Of a DNA stretch of 20,000 nucleotides, positions 7,872 through 15,900 are shown piece by piece. The position numbers and the translations under genes were made by a program. Location of the stretch: the IMG/VR virus record IMGVR_UViG_3300028107_000045; one strand, given 5' to 3'. The notes below the pieces were generated by a model. It searched no databases, was not told the origin of the DNA, and saw nothing but the letters and a program-made list of their open reading frames with translations. The DNA comes from an uncultured virus (IMG/VR IMGVR_UViG_3300028107_000045). Its lineage: Duplodnaviria > Heunggongvirae > Uroviricota > Caudoviricetes. Numbering within the stretch: the first letter of the stretch is position 1; each line of letters opens with the position of its first letter.

Positions 7872-8399
7872 TTAAACGGGTGTGCCGTCGATACTGATAA
7901 TCTGGTTACCCTGTACCAGCTCGGCTTCATTGATGGGCTTGACATCCAAGCCATCAGTCAGCGACACGCTAGGGTCCAGCATAAAGCTAGTTACGTCGAA
8001 TATTGGAATCTGGATAGCCCCAGTCTTAATCATCGACATAGCTTCAAGCATCTGGTTGAACGACAGCTTGTTGTCTTGGTTCTCTTGTTTCTTCATCCGC
8101 TCCTTACGGTCGTCACGGATTGCTTTCTCCATATGAGCAAGCAACGACGTAACACCTTCCAGCAGACTAGCGCTACCTGGTTTTTCCATGTAGGCTTTCA
8201 TGGCGTACTGGAGCAAAAACTGGCGGTTCTTTTGCAGGGCCGTAATGAAGCTGACTTGTTCTTGGTCTTCTTCGGTAGGGGTTAACGTTTGTTGTAATAG
8301 AGCCAAAACCTCGTTAAGGTTATCGTCATCTATTTTACGTTTCTTGTCGACGAATGGGGTCGCCGATTCATCGGACTCTAAGACAAATGGACTTTCCAT
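7872..8399 (-). CDS. Hypothetical helical protein
   Basis: 175 aa ORF filling the gap, ending at the hairpin. Acidic N-terminus and a charged helix (KAIRDDRKERMKKQENQD). Confidence 0.7.
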   Translation of the reverse strand: MESPFVLESDESATPFVDKKRKIDDDNLNEVLALLQQTLTPTEEDQEQVSFITALQKNRQFLLQYAMKAYMEKPGSASLLEGVTSLLAHMEKAIRDDRKERMKKQENQDNKLSFNQMLEAMSMIKTGAIQIPIFDVTSFMLDPSVSLTDGLDVKPINEAELVQGNQIISIDGTPV

Positions 8400-8401
8400 A
8401 A

Positions 8402-8420
8402 TTTTTTAAACCTATATTAC
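8402..8420 (+). promoter_or_regulatory. Putative phiKZ-type early (virion RNAP) promoter
   Basis: TTTTTTAAACC-TATATTAC, with an exact TATATTAC at 8413-8420, 28 nt before ATG 8449. TATATTAC is the described phiKZ early promoter core. Confidence 0.7.
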
Positions 8421-8448
8421 CAGGCTAGTAAGGTACAAAGGATTCGTT

Positions 8449-9063
8449 ATGAACTTAGCGCTGCTCAAATTCAAAATGCTTGGTAACCTGCCGTTTGTCG
8501 GCAAACGTGTGCAGATCGATTACTACAATTCGTTGATGGAGTATCTAGCCAACTTTGAAAAGCGGGTTAACAAACCCACAGTTAAATTTGACCAGATGAT
8601 CCATGGTCTATACGATTGCCTGGTAGGTGCGCCAATTGCGATCTGTGAAGACTTCGACTGGTTTATGACCTTAGGTATTACTGCCCATACAAAGACCGCG
8701 AGAGACGCCCTGGCGTTCGTTTACGCACTAGAAGAAAAGCATCACTTTAAGTTTGATCCGTTCTTTAAGGAATTCCATGTCTCCAGTAAAGAGACCGACT
8801 TCCTGGCTTGGTATAGTAACTCTGATTCCGCAATGCATTTCATTTGGGGGTTCTTGCAGTTGTTGCAATTATACTGTTTAGAAAACCCGATAAACGAGCA
8901 GGAAGGCGACACGTTTAAAGAACACCGTACAGTGATCACTGGTCCAACGTTGGAGTTCTTTAACTCGAGTTACTTCCGTTTAGTACTTGATGACTTTATT
9001 ACTATCGTGCAAGTAGCGATAGACTCCCAGTTGAGGAGGTTAAATGACAAAGCAGAAAGATGA
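8449..9063 (+). CDS. Hypothetical protein (probably early)
   Basis: 204 aa, aromatic-rich, SD AAGGA at about 8438-8442, directly downstream of the TATATTAC motif. Confidence 0.7.
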   Translation: MNLALLKFKMLGNLPFVGKRVQIDYYNSLMEYLANFEKRVNKPTVKFDQMIHGLYDCLVGAPIAICEDFDWFMTLGITAHTKTARDALAFVYALEEKHHFKFDPFFKEFHVSSKETDFLAWYSNSDSAMHFIWGFLQLLQLYCLENPINEQEGDTFKEHRTVITGPTLEFFNSSYFRLVLDDFITIVQVAIDSQLRRLNDKAER

Positions 9064-9496
9064 CATTCCAGCTAACCGACTTGATCGCATATCAAAGAAG
9101 TTTGTTCCGGACGAAAAGCTAGAGGATCCACCGGCCAGGTTGTTTAGACGGATCCTTAACAAGCTTGAGATGAATCCATTTAAGTGGTCCAACTATTTGG
9201 GTCGTTACTTGGATTGGATCGTAACAAATCCAGATCCCGAAAAAGCCAAGGACGAGAGGCAGACTCGTACTGGCAACATTCGGGATACTTATTTCCACAA
9301 ACCCAACTTGAGCTTTGGTAAGTTCTTGGAGGGTTTGTCGATTCTGGAAATTGAAGAATGTGAGATCGAAGTTACCGCTAAGGATATACACGGAAACATC
9401 ATAAGGGTTTCAGACAAGATCAGAATGGTTAGTCGTGATCGGAAAGAACAGATCAACGAGAAGCTAGCCAAAGACGCAGAGAAACAAAAGAAATGA
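9044..9496 (+). CDS. Conserved jumbo-phage hypothetical protein, basic, possibly nucleic-acid binding
   Basis: 150 aa with strong SD GAGGAGG (9033-9039) and a 20-nt overlap with the upstream gene. The motif ARLFRRIL...W...Y...RTGNI...LSFGKFLEGLSIL is recalled from phiKZ-family hypotheticals. Confidence 0.7.
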   Translation: MTKQKDDIPANRLDRISKKFVPDEKLEDPPARLFRRILNKLEMNPFKWSNYLGRYLDWIVTNPDPEKAKDERQTRTGNIRDTYFHKPNLSFGKFLEGLSILEIEECEIEVTAKDIHGNIIRVSDKIRMVSRDRKEQINEKLAKDAEKQKK

Positions 9497-9500
9497 TGGA

Positions 9501-9557
9501 GGGGAGGTTAGGGGACTGAGTCCCTTAATCTCCTTACCTTCTTTTATTTTTTGTTTT
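9501..9557 (+). terminator. Intrinsic terminator
   Basis: 16-bp stem GGGGAGGTTAGGGGAC-tga-GTCCCTTAATCTCCTT (9501-9535, four G-U pairs), then CTTTTATTTTTTGTTTT (9541-9557). Confidence 0.8.
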
Positions 9558-9570
9558 CGGGAGTTTATTA

Positions 9571-10692
9571 ATGGATGCTTTTAGTGGTATTAACTTAGCA
9601 CCGGACTTAACGGCGTTTAAGAAAAACACCAATACGTCGATGCAGCGGGTTAAGGGTGACAACTTAACCCCTTACAACGTTACACAAAATCGCATGCAGA
9701 CTGGTATCGCTACCAAAACTGCACGTGACACCGGGCTTAAAGGGACCATCACCGAATACCGCGACAGTGTGGTGGACGTACTGGATGGTATTGTCGGTAT
9801 GTTGTCTGGTGGTTTGCTCAACACCAAGGACTTAACCAAAGCAGTTAAGGTTGGTCGTGACGGTGTAGTGTTTGACGAGAATGGTATCCTGGCGGCTGCT
9901 AGTCGTCGTATGGGTTACCCAGTCAATAGCCCAGAAGGTGCGATGCGCAAGATTGCTGGCGATATCAGTCAGGAGTTCAAACGCATCACTGGTCTGAATA
10001 TTGGCGGTCTCATTACCAGTGACGGGGAAACCTTCCGGGTTACCAAGAACTGGCGTGGCAAGATGGGCGCTGAGACCATGCGCATGCTTGGTAAGTTAAC
10101 TGGTATTGACGAATTCGTAGACCGTAGCGTAACTGCTTCGGTTTATAATAGCCTGTACTACAACACTGCCATGTTTGGTATGTCGGGTAGTTACCGGTCT
10201 ATCTGGAACAGTTACCCGAATGGTTTTGGCTTCGCTCGCCGGGATGCCACACTGGAAGCTTTCCAGTACATGATCATCAACGGGGATATCGAGTCGATGA
10301 CCGAAGTCCTCAAGTTACTGGATGAAGACGACGGTGGTACGGGTGCTAATAGCAAGATCCTGATGTCTAAGTACCCTAACCTGGTATCTACGCTGTTCAG
10401 TAACTTCAAGTTCGACGACGATGTGTTCCCTGAAGATTACCCTGCATTGCTGGAAAAGATGTTAGCAGTGCTGGAGAAAATCATCGGGCAACAATGGTGG
10501 CTGACTTACACCGAGTTTGGCATGGCGCAGAACCTCGCTATCATGACTCGGGTAAGTAAGGACATGGTTACCTTGCTTAGTGGTTACCAACCGATCATCC
10601 CTTTGCTGGCTACTGCTGGTAAGTTCCAGGAAGTAAGTTGTTTGGTGGAACTACGGACCCAGTTCCGTGGGGCTGCCGAGTTCCCTCGTTAA
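9571..10692 (+). CDS. Putative virion structural protein (tentatively phiKZ gp164-like)
   Basis: 373 aa with SD GGGAG (9559-9563). The family call rests on recalled similarity and context only. Confidence 0.5.
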   Translation: MDAFSGINLAPDLTAFKKNTNTSMQRVKGDNLTPYNVTQNRMQTGIATKTARDTGLKGTITEYRDSVVDVLDGIVGMLSGGLLNTKDLTKAVKVGRDGVVFDENGILAAASRRMGYPVNSPEGAMRKIAGDISQEFKRITGLNIGGLITSDGETFRVTKNWRGKMGAETMRMLGKLTGIDEFVDRSVTASVYNSLYYNTAMFGMSGSYRSIWNSYPNGFGFARRDATLEAFQYMIINGDIESMTEVLKLLDEDDGGTGANSKILMSKYPNLVSTLFSNFKFDDDVFPEDYPALLEKMLAVLEKIIGQQWWLTYTEFGMAQNLAIMTRVSKDMVTLLSGYQPIIPLLATAGKFQEVSCLVELRTQFRGAAEFPR

Positions 10693-10699
10693 TAACCCT

Positions 10700-10741
10700 A
10701 TACCCCTACCCCTAGCCGTTAAGGCTAGGGGTAGGGTGTAT
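10700..10741. terminator. Bidirectional hairpin between convergent genes, CCCTAC-family (copy 4)
   Basis: Perfect 14-bp stem CCCTACCCCTAGCC (10704-10717) - GTTAA - GGCTAGGGGTAGGG (10723-10736), extended by ATAC/GTAT. Lies between the stops at 10692 and 10743. Confidence 0.8.
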
Positions 10742-10742
10742 G

Positions 10743-12905
10743 TCAACGCTGCATAGGGCGGGCAAAGAGTGTTGCGAAGCTACCGGCGATAGAGTCGGAG
10801 ATCTTGCTAGCGATGTTGTCTGCACGGATGCTAGTTTCCACATCCAATGCCATGCCAGTAAGACCACGGTTCATACGCGAGTATTTAAGGAAGGTGTCCA
10901 GGAACGTAACACCAGTAATACGACCAAGGAAGTTGTTATACCCGGTGTCGTCGTTGAACAGCTTGTTGGCAATACCGTTGAGGTTAGGTACTTCCAGCAG
11001 GCTAATCGAACGATCGATTGGAACCGAGATAATGTTGTCCAGGTCTACGATGCTGAAATCGATACGTAAGTTCAGTGGCTTACGATCACGAGTCCAACCA
11101 CGTTCACCAGCACCCCAGGTAAAGGTAGCGTTCTCTACCATGCCGGTACGAATGATCGAACGACCTTGGCAGAAAGCTTTACACATGAACGGCGAGGTAT
11201 ACGAACCACCACCAGTAGTGAACGGAGCCACCAACGGCAGGAACAGAGCAAACGGTACCCAAATTTTCATGATCTGTTCATACGGATGAGCGTAGTTACA
11301 GTTGAAGAAAATCGAGTACGACTCTTTGTGCAGGTTGGTGGTGGAACCGTCCCAGTGGTCGGCAATCTTGATATACGAGTTGTTGGTCAGTGCTAAAGGG
11401 ATGTTACCAATCACACTACCGGACAGTGCACCGATAGCAGACTCCTTAATCATGCTGACCACACCGTCGATGATATCAACGCCTGTGGCACCACCAGCAA
11501 TGTCAAAGCGGAAGTCGTTCGCCGCTTTTACGACGGAGTTGAACTTGCTTGCCAGTGGAGACTGAGCCTTAGAGTTGGAGAATGAATCGGTTGTAGGCCC
11601 AGCGCTACCATCGACTCGCCAAGTGATCCCGTCCATGCCGCCATAGGCAGCAGTACGAGCCAAATCAAATATGTCGCCTGCCCATGATCTATCATCAGGG
11701 TTGTCTTCATAAAACACCTGTGGTTGGCCAGTAGCGCCTACGTTGGGTTGCGTAGCAGGTTTAGGACGCCCTGCTGGTTCGTTAGGGTTACCAGTGCCGA
11801 AACTACCACTAGTACTCGATGTAGCGAGTTCGCCCATGATGGTGTCTAACGACCGACCATCTTTGCTAGCCACACTACCGACACCAGTTACACCGTATTC
11901 GGGGTTATTGGTAGACTCATAGGCTTTCTGTTTGTACCATGCGGAGTCTTGCTCTACATAGTTCTCCTCACCTTCACGGTAACGACCTACCGTGCTCATT
12001 TCCTGTTGCACGTAATCCTGGCTGGGTGAACCGTCCCAGGTAGCCGCATCAAATTCAACTTCTTCCAGGACTTGTCGACTACGGGCAACCTTCTGATCCA
12101 CAGTAAGGATGGTCTCGTTATCCAACTTGGCCAGCTCACGGAGCATGACACGGTGTTTACGAGTACCTTTCATTACCAGACGCATCAAGTCCACTGTCCC
12201 GTCATCGTTGACGGAGTCAGGAATCAGCAGCCGCAGGTCAGCAATAGCCTTGGTATTGTCGTAGTCAGGTTTCAGACCGTACAGCGGGTCATTCTGTTCC
12301 TGAACACGTTTAGGTAGCAGTGGGTCGATATAACCCAAGCGGTACATCAGGTCGTTAAGTACCCCTGTGGACGCCATGGTAAATGCACCAACCGCTGGCT
12401 TACAAGACCAGAAGCTGTTTACCGGGTTATCCATAAAGAAGTTGAGGAACTGTACCCCAGCAGAAATCAACTGCATGGGAATAAACACGATGGACGTAAC
12501 TGCTTGGGCCATGTAAAACGCCAAACCTGGTGCACGACCTTTGTTAGCAATGATCGCAGCACTAGGGCGGAACATGTTCGCAATGAACTGGAGCAAACCA
12601 GCAAACTGAGGTACGCTAGGCACAATAGTTAAAAGGGTTACGTTGTCCTCAATGGACTCTTTATACACAGAACCCATACCGCCTTCACGGGTTTGCATGA
12701 AGCGGCCGTAGCGTGGGTCAGTATAGGGGCTAGATTGTGCTACAGGGTTAACGTATCGATTGTCACCCGTAGCACTGCTGAATACGTTAAAGTACTTGTC
12801 CCAATCCATCCGGTCCAATACTTCGGTTGGTTGTACGCCGCGTGTTAAGAGACGAAAGGACTTACTAATGATGTCCCTGTCTCTGGTAGTAGTCGTCGTG
12901 GCCAT
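10743..12905 (-). CDS. Tail tip/baseplate hub-like virion protein (phiKZ gp182-like)
   Basis: 720 aa immediately downstream of the giant tail protein. Motifs GMGSVYKESIEDN, VPQFAGLLQF, DHWDGSTTNL, YTSPFMCKAFCQGR and KPLNLRIDFSIVDL are recalled from this family. SD CAGGTA (12913-12918). Confidence 0.7.
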   Translation of the reverse strand: MATTTTTRDRDIISKSFRLLTRGVQPTEVLDRMDWDKYFNVFSSATGDNRYVNPVAQSSPYTDPRYGRFMQTREGGMGSVYKESIEDNVTLLTIVPSVPQFAGLLQFIANMFRPSAAIIANKGRAPGLAFYMAQAVTSIVFIPMQLISAGVQFLNFFMDNPVNSFWSCKPAVGAFTMASTGVLNDLMYRLGYIDPLLPKRVQEQNDPLYGLKPDYDNTKAIADLRLLIPDSVNDDGTVDLMRLVMKGTRKHRVMLRELAKLDNETILTVDQKVARSRQVLEEVEFDAATWDGSPSQDYVQQEMSTVGRYREGEENYVEQDSAWYKQKAYESTNNPEYGVTGVGSVASKDGRSLDTIMGELATSSTSGSFGTGNPNEPAGRPKPATQPNVGATGQPQVFYEDNPDDRSWAGDIFDLARTAAYGGMDGITWRVDGSAGPTTDSFSNSKAQSPLASKFNSVVKAANDFRFDIAGGATGVDIIDGVVSMIKESAIGALSGSVIGNIPLALTNNSYIKIADHWDGSTTNLHKESYSIFFNCNYAHPYEQIMKIWVPFALFLPLVAPFTTGGGSYTSPFMCKAFCQGRSIIRTGMVENATFTWGAGERGWTRDRKPLNLRIDFSIVDLDNIISVPIDRSISLLEVPNLNGIANKLFNDDTGYNNFLGRITGVTFLDTFLKYSRMNRGLTGMALDVETSIRADNIASKISDSIAGSFATLFARPMQR

Positions 12906-12919
12906 CAGTAAATACCTGT

Positions 12920-12965
12920 AAAAATAGGATGAGGACAGAGGCCGAAGCCCCTGCCCCCTCTCCTA
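12920..12965 (-). terminator. Intrinsic terminator with C(UUCG)G tetraloop after the tail protein gene
   Basis: Minus strand reads TAGGA-GA-GGGGGCAGGGGC-TTCG-GCCTCTGTCCTC-A-TCCTA-TTTTT. Confidence 0.8.
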
Positions 12966-12971
12966 AAATGG

Positions 12972-15900
12972 TCAAACCTTAACGCGTTGAGATGGATCTT
13001 TAGCTCCTTTGTTACCTTCAGCGATCAGTTTAGCGATCTGTGCCAACAGTTGGGACTGGGATCCGCCCTGTTGGTTAACCGCTGCAACCAATGCTCCTAA
13101 CAACTGTTCTACGTTACCGTTGTCTACAGGGGCTGGTGCAGGAGCAGCCTGAGGCTGTCTTGTAGCAGGCGGTGCAGGCGGTTGGTAAGAACCGTTATTA
13201 GGCTGCTGGTAAGGAGCGCCAGGAGACGTCCCGAATGGACTACCGCCACCTTGCGGTACAGTGTTACCACCGGATTGTGGAGGCTTAGGACCAGGGATGT
13301 TTGGTTTACCCGGTACCGCAGGGCCACTAGGGCTAGCAGCTGGGTCTTCCATACCACGAGGTGCCTGAGCCTCTACTCCTTGTTGCGGAGGCGAAGCAAC
13401 TTCTTGTTCAACCGGCTGTACAGGTCCACCACCAGCGGTAGTGTCTTGTCCGTTAGTAGCGTTACCGCCACTTGCCTTCATGAACTTGTCCGCAGCAGCT
13501 ACGGATTGGAAGCCAGCATGGACGTGGTTACCAGTTGCCCCACGCGACATTCGCTTGTACTCGTTGAGTACCAGGAACTCGTTAGGAGTCAAACCAGCTT
13601 GTTGCAGTAAGCCTTTAACAACAGCCACCGCAGCATCACTACCAGCTGCACCGTTAGTCAGGGTGAAGTCAATCGCCAGACCTTGGGTGTGCTTGGAGTT
13701 TGGCTTATTGTGCTTGTGCCATGCGTCGTTCAACGCAGTGATTCTGTTGAAGTTTTGGACGTTGGTCATAATCAACTGACCCAACCGTTTGATAGCAGGA
13801 TGATGCCCACCACCAGCAGTTGTTTCGGCGGATTTAACTTTAAGCCCATCTACGTCAACAGAAGGACCAGCACCGTAAGTCGAAGCAGTGTAACCCCCAC
13901 CAAGTGCGCCAGAGCCAGTCTGCACACCAGGACCCATCGGTACGTTAGGACCAGACTGAGACCAAGTACCAGGTTGCCCTGTGTTTGGATCAGTACCTGG
14001 CGTACCGTATGCAGCTCCTCCGCTTGGATCCAACTGACCACCGCTACCGCTAGCACCCAGTGGAGGAGTACCACCAGCACCACCAATCATTGCTCCACTG
14101 TCAGGAGGAGCAGTTGGTGCAGGTGCACTACCCACCACATCGGCAGATGCACTAGCTGCGGCTTCTTCGTCAGCTTTTAACTCGCCTTTACTCAACTGAT
14201 CCAAGTAGCTCAGGTAGAGTTTGTGACGCTCAGGCATACCGGGCAATGCATTACCGCCATTGAGCCCCCGTGCAGCACGCCCGAAGTTACCGTCTTGGGT
14301 GATCGACTGCAAGAGCTTGGAGTTCTTGTAGAAGTCTACCGCAACGGCCGCCATGACGTTAGGGTCTTCAGACAGCAACTCTGGTTTCCCAACCAAGTCG
14401 ATACCTAAAGCCTGTCCGGTCTTAGCGTAATTACTCTTACCTGTCAGTTGTACGAAGCCACGGCCACGGTATTTGTAGCCATCCCCTTGTTCAGTGTTAC
14501 CAAGGGACTTGCCTTTACCACCGCCGTAAACCACGTTACCGATTGCTACCTCACCCATCTGTACCAGTTGCTGTGCTTGGGCCAGGGAAGTAACTTCCTT
14601 GAACGTCCGCATCAGTCTGGATGGGTCGGAGTACTTAAGGTTCTCTACGGTCTTGTTATAGCCACCAGTCTCGTAGTTGGTAAGTGCCAGCATCTCTGCA
14701 ATAGCTCGCGGGTCAGTGAAGCCCTGCTTAAGCATCTCGCGGATTACTAACTGCTCTGCCAGCTTACGCGGTACCTTAACCCCAGAGTCCTTAGCACTGG
14801 TATCCTTCTGTACACCGGACATGTCCAGGTGGCTAGTGTCGGATTCACCAGTTAGGGCTTTATACCCATACTTGTTTTCAGGGGTGCCGTAGTTACCATT
14901 GATGCTGTAGATGTTACCAGTACCAGCACCGCTAGACACGTTGGTGCCAAACTGGCCACCCATAACGACGTCACGCTTGTTCTTGTACTGATCAGGCTGC
15001 TGGACGTTGGCAGCATGTGGAGTAAACCCACCACCTACTTTGTGTGGACTGATTGCATTAGCCCAAGTCTGAGTATTGGTTTTACCAGCCTCTTTCTCGG
15101 GGTCCAGTACCTTAGCCTGTGTGCTAGCATCAGCCAACAGTTTAAGCATGCGGTCTACTTTGTCCGGACGGTCGTCGGAACGGCTATCCAAGAACGGCGA
15201 GGACCTTACACGCCAGATCGGTACTACCAATGCACTCGTGATGTGCACCTGAGTGTCAACCAATGCCTTAGCGATTTCGTAACGTGCAGTAACCGACAGC
15301 GATTTCCAAACCACCCCAGGGTTGCCCTTGCGATAGTTGTTAACCAGTTGCACGTAATTGCGCATTACCGGAGCAAAGCGGTCACGGAACCACTTAGCCC
15401 AGTTCTCACCTTCGTCGCGTTTCAGGCGGAACGACGTACGGAAGATATCAAACAGTTCCCCAATGTCCCCACGGAATACAACTTCTTTCCCGTCGGATAC
15501 GAAGAGGGATTCACAGTAACGCTCTAACCGCAGTACAGCCTCAATACGCCAGTGGATGTCTTGATCATTACCATAGCACGCCAGACGAATTGCAGTAAGC
15601 AAATCCATTGCTTTAGCGTCTGGGAGCAGGTCTTTGATGTACACTGCCTGAACTTGTTTGCCCAGCTTGAAGCTACTGTTCAGATCAGACAGTTGCTTGT
15701 CGATATCCGCAATACGAGCTTTCGCCTTACTACGGATAGGACCAGCGACACTACCACCGTCCTCGTTCAGTTGCTCCTCCAAATGTTTCTTCTCTGCTTC
15801 CAGAGCTTTCACACCGGCAGGCAACGCAACAGGCTGCAAGTCTTCCTTACTCGTCTTACGATCCAGGTACGTCTTGAGGGTCGTAAGGTAATTGGTAACT

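Noticed and set aside
1366..10741. Hairpin family considered as CRISPR repeats or IS/MITE ends
   Set aside because: The copies are kb apart and not identical, with no spacer array, transposase or target-site duplications.
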